A stretch of DNA of 42,177 nt from a virus, in IMG/VR virus record IMGVR_UViG_3300045988_151631; one strand, written 5' to 3'. Below the pieces are notes generated by a model. It had not been told where the DNA came from. It was given only the letters and a program-made list of their open reading frames with translations, and made no database searches. Below, one piece after another: positions 7,927-15,450 of the stretch (positions within the stretch are counted from its first letter, which is position 1; each line of letters opens with the position of its first letter). The translations under genes and the position numbers were made by a program.

Positions 7927-8253
7927 TTAACTCTCCTTTATTCGTATTCCGTGAATATAAAGCATTAGTTTACGCTTGATTATGTATTCGGGCGTTTTAA
8001 ATCCTTTTGTGTCCTCAACGATTGTTGCCCCACATTGCTCATAGGTGAAGTCTGCTTTATAAGTGCAGGCACGCTCGGCAACCTTGCCGTCAATCCTCTG
8101 TGCCGGAATGAGCGTATATGTTACTTGCCTCTGCAAGTTCTTAATAACGCCCGCCCTTTCAAGGATTTTCAATTCGGCGTATCGTTGAGCTTCTTTTTTG
8201 CTGTCAAACATAATGCCGTCATATTCGGTTTTCTTTGCTTTGTATTTTTGCAT
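7927..8253 (-). CDS. DUF1064-type phage nuclease-like protein
   Basis: KYKAKKTEYDGIMFDSKKEAQRYAELK .. KADFTYE .. VEDTKG pattern. Confidence 0.7.
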   Translation of the reverse strand: MQKYKAKKTEYDGIMFDSKKEAQRYAELKILERAGVIKNLQRQVTYTLIPAQRIDGKVAERACTYKADFTYEQCGATIVEDTKGFKTPEYIIKRKLMLYIHGIRIKES

Positions 8254-8255
8254 AT

Positions 8256-9020
8256 CTAATACCGTGATTTTAAGATGTCATCTTTTAGGCTGGTATTTTC
8301 ACGAGCTCTTTTTTTGATTGCTTCGAGGTCATAAGTCGGTGGTCTTGTTATTTCTCCCGATTTTTCCTTTCGGGTTATTTGTGACCTGCTCCATTTACGG
8401 CACATAGCTTTCCAGCTCCGCATCGGTGCTCTTGCAACCGTCCAGCCGTTACCCTCGTAATAATCGTAAAAGTCTTGCGCATTTGTTTTCAAGGAATTTT
8501 CCGAGATATACCGCTTGATTTCGTCAAGCGAGGGAGCACTTATAAACATATCCGTAGTTTCTTTAATAGTCTCTCTCTTATGTATATTCTCTTCATTCTT
8601 TTCATTCTTTTCATTCTTGTTATAAAAAAAGTTTGTTGTTTGTTTGTTATTTGTTTGTTGTTTGTTTGTTGTTTGTTTGTTATTTGTTTGTTGCTCCGTG
8701 TCTATCAAGTCTTGATATTTCGCATAACCAAGCACTATTATGAGGGTATTTTTGTTTGTTGCTTTTTTGGAAATTTCGCCAGTTTTTTCTAATTTTTTTA
8801 GAGCCGAACGGACTTGTTGTGTTGTAAGCCCGTTTCGCGCCGCTATATCGGCAACAGAGGTCACAAAAGAGCCTTTTTCAATTTCGTGTCCGTGCCAAGC
8901 TGTGGCTTGATGATTAGCGTTTAAAATCAAATCAATAAATACACTCTTAACAGTCGGTTCATCGTACCATTCCCAATTGATAAACTTGCGGTGAAGCTTA
9001 ATCCAACCCTGTTCTGCCAC
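8256..9020 (-). CDS. Replisome organizer / DnaD-like replication protein
   Basis: N-terminal WIKLHRKFINWEWYDEP winged-helix-like region, low-complexity repeat linker, C-terminal DFYDYYEGNGW .. SWKAMCRKW. Confidence 0.7.
   Translation of the reverse strand: MAEQGWIKLHRKFINWEWYDEPTVKSVFIDLILNANHQATAWHGHEIEKGSFVTSVADIAARNGLTTQQVRSALKKLEKTGEISKKATNKNTLIIVLGYAKYQDLIDTEQQTNNKQTTNKQQTNNKQTTNFFYNKNEKNEKNEENIHKRETIKETTDMFISAPSLDEIKRYISENSLKTNAQDFYDYYEGNGWTVARAPMRSWKAMCRKWSRSQITRKEKSGEITRPPTYDLEAIKKRARENTSLKDDILKSRY
8592..8696. repeat. Tandem repeats inside the organizer gene (3 x 9 bp TTCATTCTT, then 2 x 33 bp GT-rich unit), candidate phage ori
   Basis: 9-bp copies at 8592, 8601 and 8610. 33-bp period between 8631 and 8696. 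Confidence 0.6.
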
Positions 9021-9032
9021 TTTTTACCACCT

Positions 9033-9257
9033 CTACGCTTCCGTAAGATAGTAACGGCTGTAAATAACGGGTTCTCCGTACCTATTTAAAGCTTTTTCTT
9101 GCTTGGAGGTGATGTTATACCCCTTGTGCTTTAAATCCCAAATACGCCCCGACAGGCGCGTACAGCCGTATTGTTCAAATGCTTCAAGGCTTGTTATACC
9201 TCCGTAAGTCCTCATATGTTCCAATATCTTGTTGCATTGAGAGTTAGTGCTACTCAC
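9033..9257 (-). CDS. Small winged-helix DNA-binding protein (74 aa)
   Basis: ILEHMRTYGGITSLEAFEQYGCTRLSGRIWDLKHKGY pattern. Confidence 0.6.
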   Translation of the reverse strand: MSSTNSQCNKILEHMRTYGGITSLEAFEQYGCTRLSGRIWDLKHKGYNITSKQEKALNRYGEPVIYSRYYLTEA

Positions 9258-9276
9258 GCTGATACCTCCTTACCGC

Positions 9277-9690
9277 CTAAAATGGCAAATCATCATCGTC
9301 AACGGGTTCAAAGTCCAAATTTATATTATCAGGTGCTTTGTAGCCCTCATTCTTTTTGTAAACCTCGTTTTCCGATTCGGCTTTTGAACCGCAGAAATGT
9401 ACGCGATTAACAACAACCTGAAATGATGAACGCTTTTCGCCGTTTTGGTCTGTGTATTGACTTTGGTCTATTGAGCCTTCAACGGCAATCATAGAGCCTT
9501 TGTGGAAATAGCGGGAAATAAATTCCGCTGTTTGTCTCCACGCCGTAAAGCGTATAAAGTTTGCTTTTTTACCGTCTTTGCCGAACGGGTCATCAACGGC
9601 GATTGTGCCGGAACAAACCGATAAACCGCTTTGCGTTGATTTCAATTCAGGGTCAGCCGTAAGCCTACCCATAAGTACAACTACATTCAT
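9277..9690 (-). CDS. ssb: Single-stranded DNA-binding protein
   Basis: MNVVVLMGRLTADPEL OB-fold start and acidic tail DDDDLPF. Confidence 0.9.
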   Translation of the reverse strand: MNVVVLMGRLTADPELKSTQSGLSVCSGTIAVDDPFGKDGKKANFIRFTAWRQTAEFISRYFHKGSMIAVEGSIDQSQYTDQNGEKRSSFQVVVNRVHFCGSKAESENEVYKKNEGYKAPDNINLDFEPVDDDDLPF

Positions 9691-9702
9691 TTTTTTAATC
9701 TC

Positions 9703-9996
9703 CTATAAATAATTTTTTCCGAATATCTCTATAAACTGTTGTGTGCTCCAACCGTAATATTGCATAGCCGCTCGCTGCCCTATTCGGCGCAACTGTTGCA
9801 TGGCCTCTATGTTGTGATGTACGCCGTTAGGCGGTTCGTTGTGGCAACTGTGGTGCAGGCGGACTTTAAGGCCGTATTTTTCGCTTTTTTTACGATATGC
9901 GCCGCCAAATATGTGGTGACACTCAAAAGCCCCATATCCGCCGCAGAGGAAGCACCTTTTATCGTTCTCGTCTTGCAATATGGATTTCATTTCCAA
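9703..9996 (-). CDS. HNH-like zinc-binding protein (NinG/Rap-like?)
   Basis: CFLCGG .. ECHHIFGG .. HHSCHN .. GVHHN. Confidence 0.5.
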   Translation of the reverse strand: MEMKSILQDENDKRCFLCGGYGAFECHHIFGGAYRKKSEKYGLKVRLHHSCHNEPPNGVHHNIEAMQQLRRIGQRAAMQYYGWSTQQFIEIFGKNYL

Positions 9997-10511
9997 CCTC
10001 CGATAAGCATTGCAAGCTCCGCAGGGGTCATTGTTTCAATTCCTTGTTCTTTGCAATCTTGAACAACTAAATCAATAAGCCTATGCATCTGTGCTGTGTC
10101 ATATGTACTGCTTCCGGAATAAAGAATTACATTTGTGCAGCCTTCCGTTTTGCTTTCAAAAGGTTCTGCTATCCAGCCCAAGCCGTTACTGTTCCAACCT
10201 TGCATTAACGCCTCTAAGTCTTTGTCGCGAACACAAACAATGGTATTGTTGTCGCCGATTTCACGAACATAAGAGCGATATATTTCGCCTACGGGAATTT
10301 CCGTTTTAGCGGCGAGCTTGTGAGCCAACACCCAAAAATAAGCGTTAGCGTCAAGCGTGCGCCGCTTCTTGAATTTACAAAGTCTGCAAGTCAATTCTTG
10401 ATTTTGCAATTCTTCGGTTTCGGTTATGTTCTGTGAGCTTTCAAGCGTTATCATCATTTTGCCCGTCAGCATATTGCGGGCAATATCCTTGATTTGGCAT
10501 TGAAATTCCAT
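9987..10511 (-). CDS. NinB/Orf-like recombination mediator
   Basis: RTLDANAYFWVLAHKLA resembles lambda NinB RSLDQNRKLWACLGDV. Sits next to the annealase. Confidence 0.5.
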   Translation of the reverse strand: MEFQCQIKDIARNMLTGKMMITLESSQNITETEELQNQELTCRLCKFKKRRTLDANAYFWVLAHKLAAKTEIPVGEIYRSYVREIGDNNTIVCVRDKDLEALMQGWNSNGLGWIAEPFESKTEGCTNVILYSGSSTYDTAQMHRLIDLVVQDCKEQGIETMTPAELAMLIGGWK

Positions 10512-11206
10512 TACATCGCCGCCAATCCGTTATAACAAGCTTCGTAATCAACATCGCTTAATTCCACAAGTGATGTTACCTTGTATTTATGGCAAAGCTT
10601 CTCAATCGCAACGCCCTTGCTTTCCGCAAGCTGAGTTAAACGCTCAACATCTTTTTTTAATTGCCCTTTAGGTGCGGATTGTGCCCTTGCATATCCAAAT
10701 TTAAAGCAATCTTTTTTTGTCTTTTCATCGTATATGCAAAGCTGAGTTATTACGCCGTTTTCGTAGGCGATATGCTTAACAATGAAGTGGTCGTTACAAG
10801 TGGGTTTGCCGTTATGGTCTGTGGTTATGTTGCAATCGTCGCTTTTAACCCATATGAATGGGGCAGAATAGAGCGCTAATCCAATCGACCATGAGAAGCA
10901 CGCACGCTTAAAGGAGTCGCTGCTCTCCGATTTCTCTTTTTCATAATTGCCCTCGGTGCCACAATCATCTTTCCATATCCATTCATCACCGCACTTAATG
11001 CCAACGGAACAAAAAAGGTTGCCTTTGCACTCATAATGCTTGCGCTGCCAATTTTGCTTTCCGACTGTCTCGTTTAATATTTTCATATCGCACCGCGCGT
11101 CCTTATAAAGAAGCAACGATACGCCGTTCGGCTTAGCCATAGCGACACGCACTTGTATTTCGTCCGCCCTTAATTCGCGGAATGTTAAATCTTTATTCTC
11201 GCTCAT
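10511..11206 (-). CDS. Rad52/Sak-like single-strand annealing protein
   Basis: ILNETVGKQNWQRKH .. KDDCGTEGN .. SESSDSFKRACFSWSIGLALY matches the Rad52-family core pattern. Confidence 0.7.
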   Translation of the reverse strand: MSENKDLTFRELRADEIQVRVAMAKPNGVSLLLYKDARCDMKILNETVGKQNWQRKHYECKGNLFCSVGIKCGDEWIWKDDCGTEGNYEKEKSESSDSFKRACFSWSIGLALYSAPFIWVKSDDCNITTDHNGKPTCNDHFIVKHIAYENGVITQLCIYDEKTKKDCFKFGYARAQSAPKGQLKKDVERLTQLAESKGVAIEKLCHKYKVTSLVELSDVDYEACYNGLAAM

Positions 11207-11307
11207 CTTTTTCCTTTCTTGCTTTATTCACAAACAAAGCTATTTCCATATTAGGAATGCCTGTTGTGTTATCATCGCCGTATTTGGCGATATATTCATC
11301 AATGTAT

Positions 11308-11499
11308 TTATCCATATATCTGTTCCCGGAACTCGTCATTCAAGCAGTCAATGCAATAATCGTCGCCGTCAACACGGTAATAATAATCGTCACATTCACC
11401 ACCGCATATGTCGCATATGACGGTTTTGTCGCATTCTCTGCTCGTTCTGCAATTGTCGCAGTCCCATGGGGAACAGCCTCGTGCATTACAACGCTTCAA
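11308..11499 (-). CDS. Small Cys-rich protein (63 aa)
   Basis: Multiple CxxC pairs. Confidence 0.7.
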   Translation of the reverse strand: MKRCNARGCSPWDCDNCRTSRECDKTVICDICGGECDDYYYRVDGDDYCIDCLNDEFREQIYG

Positions 11500-11891
11500 A
11501 AGTCGCTCCCCCCATTCAAGTATTCAAGCATTTTTTCCTCTTCGTCCTTTTCTTTGCGCTTGTATCGCTCATTAAATTCTTTTGTTGCGAACATATCAAC
11601 GCTTGCCACCATGGCATAGCAGTAAATCATCGGATTCCCGTTTGCATCAAGTTTTGTTGTTGAGCATATATGCGCATCGCAGGCGATTTCCTGCCCAACA
11701 TTGAAGTGCTCCTTTATAAACTCACCGACCGCGTAATATGCTTTGCAACAGATGAAGTCTGCTTTTTTTCGTTGTTCGGGTACTTTCGACCAACGGCGCG
11801 GCACGGCAACCGAAAACCTTACGCAGCCTATCTGCGGGTTTTCGTATTCAACATCGGTTGCAAGCCGACCGACAAAGCTAAATGAGTTCAT
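11496..11891 (-). CDS. Divergent SSB-like OB-fold protein (131 aa)
   Basis: ATG 11891 (ATGA overlap with upstream stop). MNSFSFVGRLATDVEY start and C-terminal LNGGSDF tail. Confidence 0.55.
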   Translation of the reverse strand: MNSFSFVGRLATDVEYENPQIGCVRFSVAVPRRWSKVPEQRKKADFICCKAYYAVGEFIKEHFNVGQEIACDAHICSTTKLDANGNPMIYCYAMVASVDMFATKEFNERYKRKEKDEEEKMLEYLNGGSDF

Positions 11892-12154
11892 TTTATCCCT
11901 TTCATTGCGTATTCGTAGAACGCAGGCGCGAACACAAGCTTTGACTTGCCTAATTCGCAAGCGGGGAAATCATCCCGCTTAAATAAATTCTGCACGGTTA
12001 GCTCGCTCCACCCTGTCAATTCCATAACATCTTTAATTGTTAAGAAGCGAAAGAGCGTTTTTATCCTTTCGCCACTCTCCTCAATTTTTTGAAATGTGTT
12101 TAAAAGTTCAGCTGCCATTTTCAATTCCTCGGCTGCATTTGTTTCAATCCTCAT
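11888..12154 (-). CDS. Excisionase/MerR-like HTH DNA-binding protein (88 aa)
   Basis: LTIKDVMELTGWSELTVQNLFKRDDFP. Confidence 0.6.
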   Translation of the reverse strand: MRIETNAAEELKMAAELLNTFQKIEESGERIKTLFRFLTIKDVMELTGWSELTVQNLFKRDDFPACELGKSKLVFAPAFYEYAMKGIK

Positions 12155-12434
12155 TTTCTTTTTCCTTTCCGTTCACAACAAGCAAAAGTTCGCGGTTTTG
12201 GCGGGATAATTCCGCAGAATATGATTTGTAAAACTCCGCTTCGCTTTCCATGTTATGTATATCGCTTATATATTGACTTATGATTTTGCAAGAGCTTTGG
12301 CAAGCGTAATCTTCCTGCTTTTCCTTTGCTTTGTGCTTTTCGTCTGCGAGCGCAAGCGAAATTAAAAACACACCCGCAAAAATCGCGCCGATTACCACGC
12401 CTGCGCAAAATGCCGAAATCTCAATTTTTGCCAT
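12144..12434 (-). CDS. Small membrane protein (96 aa)
   Basis: One TM helix ISAFCAGVVIGAIFAGVFLISLAL. Confidence 0.65.
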   Translation of the reverse strand: MAKIEISAFCAGVVIGAIFAGVFLISLALADEKHKAKEKQEDYACQSSCKIISQYISDIHNMESEAEFYKSYSAELSRQNRELLLVVNGKEKENED

Positions 12435-12621
12435 TCGTCATAATCTCCTTTAGAATCAAATCGTTATATACTTCGTTCATCGCTTGCATATCGGCGGTTG
12501 CTTGTTCCCTCATTTGTTCCTTTTCTGCTTTTCGTAGAAAATTACAAATAAGCTTGCTTATAAGCGTAGCCGGTACGGCTAAAAACGCGATTAAACCGAT
12601 AAAAAATAGCCCTGTCAACAT
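12421..12621 (-). CDS. Small membrane protein (66 aa)
   Basis: N-terminal TM helix, GGAG SD. Confidence 0.65.
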   Translation of the reverse strand: MLTGLFFIGLIAFLAVPATLISKLICNFLRKAEKEQMREQATADMQAMNEVYNDLILKEIMTNGKN

Positions 12622-12624
12622 TAT

Positions 12625-12711
12625 TTATCTCCTTACTTTGCTGAGTAATAAACCCCACATAGAAAATATTGTTACGCAAATTATTGTTGTAACTGCTATT
12701 GCTGTATTCAT
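12625..12711 (-). CDS. Hydrophobic micro-protein (28 aa, not in track)
   Basis: ATG 12711 preceded by GGAGG. Single TM-like segment. Confidence 0.4.
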   Translation of the reverse strand: MNTAIAVTTIICVTIFSMWGLLLSKVRR

Positions 12712-12792
12712 TCTTCTACCTCCGTAAATTCGCCGTTTACAAGTTTGTAAAATACATTTTCTTTTATTTTCTTTCCGTCTACATATTCTGTC

Positions 12793-13245
12793 TTAACGCA
12801 CATTGTAAAAACAATTAACCGAATCTGAGCCGCTGTTTGCAATCCTGCCATATGAGCCGCTGTTTGCAATCGTGCTATCTGAGCCGCTGTTTGAGTTTTT
12901 ACATTCTTTTATAGTTTTTTCAACGGGCGTTTTCTCGAATTGAAAATCAATGCTTGCTTTGACGAATGCGGGTAAATCAAGCTTTGCGCCTATCTTTAAT
13001 TTTTTTGTGCAATATTTCTTGTTATCATCGGTGAGCACTTCGTCTAACGCTTCAACCTCTGCAAATTCGGTAAGTTCGCCGTTGTTATCGATGAGTGGGT
13101 AATAATCGAGTACATCGAGCGGATTTTCGCAAAAGTGCATACCACACTTGCAAACTTCCACATTTTCTTCTTCAAATATGGTGTTTTCGGCATATTGTTT
13201 GCCTTTGCACACTAAACCCTTTTCAAATGCTTTATATCCTTTCAT
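12793..13245 (-). CDS. DUF7666-like protein ending in a short ANSGS repeat tail
   Basis: KGYKAF..GLVCKGKQY .. CKCGMHFCENPLDVLDYY pattern. C-terminus encoded by 27-bp tandem repeats. Confidence 0.55.
   Translation of the reverse strand: MKGYKAFEKGLVCKGKQYAENTIFEEENVEVCKCGMHFCENPLDVLDYYPLIDNNGELTEFAEVEALDEVLTDDNKKYCTKKLKIGAKLDLPAFVKASIDFQFEKTPVEKTIKECKNSNSGSDSTIANSGSYGRIANSGSDSVNCFYNVR
12826..12895. repeat. 2.6 copies of a 27-bp tandem repeat (TGAGCCGCTGTTTGCAATC..)
   Basis: Copies start at 12826, 12853 and 12880. Confidence 0.85.
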
Positions 13246-13360
13246 TTTTAATTTCCTTTCTTAACATATTGTTTCAATAAGTGGCTTTATCATTTGCGAC
13301 ACATCATATCCGCATAAAAAGCCCAACAAGATTATGATTAAATCGTCCTTTTCCACAATC

Positions 13361-13771
13361 TCAGTCCTTTAATTCGGGGTTATCATAAATGTTGCCGATT
13401 ACTTCAATATCGTAACCCATTTCATGCCAAGTTTTATAAGCAAAACCAACCGGCAGAAAGTCGAAGAGATTGCTGTGTACACGAACGCACAATTCGTGAT
13501 ATACCAAAAAAACTGGTGTTGTGTAATCAATGTTTAAGTAGTAATCATGATCAAGGCCTTTGACCCTTAATACATCGCCCTCGAATATCTTTTTGCCGTT
13601 CTTATCGGTTAAGCCTGTGTATTCGCCTATTGTTTCGGGGAGAACGGTTGTTTTTGTACAATCCGTGCAGAGTTGCCAGTCACCCTCATAGTCTTTAATC
13701 GGTACACCGTAAACCCAACTGCCCGAGTTAAAGCGTGTATCACCTTTTCCCCTATATAAAATTTCTCTCAT
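13361..13771 (-). CDS. YopX family protein
   Basis: MREILYRGK .. YTGLTDKNGKKIFEGD .. VIGNIYDNPEL. ATG 13771 has AAGGAG SD. Confidence 0.8.
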   Translation of the reverse strand: MREILYRGKGDTRFNSGSWVYGVPIKDYEGDWQLCTDCTKTTVLPETIGEYTGLTDKNGKKIFEGDVLRVKGLDHDYYLNIDYTTPVFLVYHELCVRVHSNLFDFLPVGFAYKTWHEMGYDIEVIGNIYDNPELKD

Positions 13772-13802
13772 ATATGAACTCCTTTTTATAAGCACAGCTT
13801 TG

Positions 13803-14015
13803 TTATTTTTTTACTTTCGGTAGAGTCTGTGGTAAAAAAATAAATTCCATAGGAATTTGTGTTATATTGCTGATTTTTTGTAATTGAACAGATGAAGGAC
13901 TTGTTTTCCCACTTTCCCAATTTTTAATTGTGTCAGGGCACACCGACAGCAATTTTGCCAGGTCAGTTTGCTTCAAATTCGCATTAACACGGCACGCTTT
14001 TAAAGATATTTGCAT
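13803..14015 (-). CDS. Cro-like XRE-family HTH regulator
   Basis: LKQTDLAKLLSVCPDTIKNWESGKTSP. Divergent from the CI-like gene. Confidence 0.8.
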   Translation of the reverse strand: MQISLKACRVNANLKQTDLAKLLSVCPDTIKNWESGKTSPSSVQLQKISNITQIPMEFIFLPQTLPKVKK

Positions 14016-14047
14016 TTTGTCACCTCCCTCGGTTTCTCAACATTTAC

Positions 14048-14076
14048 AGTCTACCACAAGTAGGATGTAAAGTCAA
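14048..14076 (-). promoter_or_regulatory. Early (Cro-side) promoter
   Basis: TTGACT, 17 nt, TGgTAGACT on the minus strand. Confidence 0.55.
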
Positions 14077-14125
14077 CCCCTAAATTAAAAAAATCCACCA
14101 CAAAGCAACAATTTTTCACTTATGG

Positions 14126-14154
14126 TTGACTTTTGCAAAGCTTTATAATATCAT
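14126..14154 (+). promoter_or_regulatory. Repressor-side promoter
   Basis: TTGACT, 17 nt, TATCAT. CCACAA(A)G motifs lie between the two promoters. Confidence 0.45.
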
Positions 14155-14180
14155 ATATGTATAATCAGGAGGTGAAAACT

Positions 14181-14498
14181 ATGACAGATGAAGAGTTAGA
14201 AAAAAAGCATAGACAAAATTTTACTAAAAAGTTAAATTATTATATGCAGCTCAAGCACAAAAGGCAAGAGGATATTGTTGTTGACTTAGGAATTAACAAG
14301 TCCACAATTTCTACTTGGTGCAGGGGGCAAAAAATGCCACGAACAGCAACAATTCAAAAATTAGCTACCTACTTTGGCGTAACGGTTGCCGATTGCTTTG
14401 CTGTTTTAGGCTCCGGATCGGAACCGAAAGCTAAATTATCAACTGCCGCAAGGCAATTGCCGCCCGAACACACGGATAAAGAGATAATGTTTTTATAA
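14181..14498 (+). CDS. CI-like XRE-family repressor (105 aa)
   Basis: ATG 14181 after AGGAGG. VDLGINKSTISTWCRGQKMP HTH. Confidence 0.75.
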   Translation: MTDEELEKKHRQNFTKKLNYYMQLKHKRQEDIVVDLGINKSTISTWCRGQKMPRTATIQKLATYFGVTVADCFAVLGSGSEPKAKLSTAARQLPPEHTDKEIMFL

Positions 14499-14920
14499 TT
14501 TTTATCGGCCTTATCATTAAATTCAAACGCAAACAAAATATTGCGCAGTCCGGCGGGAGCGGTGCCGAAATTCTTATAAATTTTGCACGGCAGACCGGAA
14601 TCGTCGCTGTCGGCGGAAAATCTCAGCGAATACGCGCGGTTTAAATTCTCAATATCGGCGGTGATATACAGAGAATCATCATTCTCTGCAAAATCGCTGC
14701 TTTGAACAAAGAAATGGAAGTAAGCGCAATTATCGCCGTAAAAATATTGCATATAGCCCGTGGCACTGTCGCCCTCGAGTTCGAGCCACTCGGCGGATTC
14801 ATTCGCAGTCCATTTTTCAAATTCGTTTACATATTGCGAATCATAGGCAAAAGCACGAAAAGGGCACAGAAAAGCCGAAACAAAGCAAATAATGTATATC
14901 ACGGCAATTTTCCTTTTCAT
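14369..14920 (-). CDS. Secreted protein of unknown function (183 aa)
   Basis: ATG 14920 after GGAGG. Signal peptide KRKIAVIYIICFVSAFLCPFRAFA/YD. Confidence 0.7.
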   Translation of the reverse strand: MKRKIAVIYIICFVSAFLCPFRAFAYDSQYVNEFEKWTANESAEWLELEGDSATGYMQYFYGDNCAYFHFFVQSSDFAENDDSLYITADIENLNRAYSLRFSADSDDSGLPCKIYKNFGTAPAGLRNILFAFEFNDKADKNYKNIISLSVCSGGNCLAAVDNLAFGSDPEPKTAKQSATVTPK

Positions 14921-15118
14921 TTCCCGCACCTCCGCAAGCCGAATTGATTATATGTGCCGAAATTCTATATAAAATAAGTTTATATTCACATGTTGCATTT
15001 TGTCAATAAATTGCGAAATTTTCTGCTTTTTGAACAAACTAAAAGAATGCTAATTGTTCATTTTAACCAATCAAATCGCCTTGTAAACCGCACCTGAATG
15101 GCCATGTTAATCTTTGGC

Positions 15119-15147
15119 TTGACAAATTCACCCTCTTATATTAAAAT
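15119..15147 (+). promoter_or_regulatory. Near-consensus promoter driving the tRNA locus
   Basis: TTGACA, 17 nt, TAAAAT, about 20 nt upstream of the tRNA half copy. Confidence 0.65.
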
Positions 15148-15164
15148 AACAGGGCAGTAAAAAG

Positions 15165-15206
15165 CATCGAGGTGTAGCGAAGTTTGGCTATCGCACCTGC
15201 TTTGGG
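15165..15206 (+). repeat. Exact 42-bp copy of the 5' half of tRNA-Pro (3 leader nt through the anticodon and G37)
   Basis: CATCGAGGTGTAGCGAAGTTTGGCTATCGCACCTGCTTTGGG is identical to 15334..15375. Confidence 0.95.
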
Positions 15207-15336
15207 TGACGAAAGCGAGCGCTGCCTGCGGCAGATGAAGCGAGCAATGTGAGCGGAGGCGAACAGTGCGACGATTTTGCAAGAGGGCGACCAAAGCAAC
15301 TTTAACCGCCATTATCATATAATAATTTAATATCAT

Positions 15337-15414
15337 CGAGGTGTAGCGAAGTTTGGCTATCGCACCTGCTTTGGGAGCAGGGGATCGCAGGTTCAAATCC
15401 TGTCACCTCGACCA
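15337..15414 (+). tRNA. tRNA-Pro: tRNA-Pro (anticodon UGG) with encoded CCA
   Basis: Hand-folded cloverleaf: 7-bp acceptor, 4-bp D stem, 5-bp anticodon stem, loop TTTGGGA, 5-nt variable loop, T loop TTCAAAT. Confidence 0.9.
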
Positions 15415-15417
15415 CGA

Positions 15418-15450
15418 GGGGTATGTTTGAAACATATCCCCATTTGTTTT
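15418..15450 (+). terminator. Terminator after the tRNA
   Basis: GGGGTATG..CATATCCCC stem then ATTTGTTTT. Confidence 0.7.

Noticed and set aside
15031-15060. TGAACAA-N16-TTGTTCA dyad near the tRNA locus as a second site for the serine recombinase
   Set aside because: The arm orientation is opposite to the dyads at 38924..39150. Single TTGAACA-like heptamers occur many times in this AT-rich genome, so a chance match is likely. It is only worth testing if recombination junctions are seen.
15207-15333. The 127-bp spacer as a tRNA intron or split-tRNA arrangement
   Set aside because: The downstream copy is a complete tRNA, not a 3' half. The sequence after the first copy cannot close the anticodon stem.
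15136-15396. 86-aa minus-strand ORF across the tRNA locus
   Set aside because: It is antisense to a well-folded tRNA and its duplicated half. It has no SD, and its repeats in the protein simply reflect the DNA duplication.
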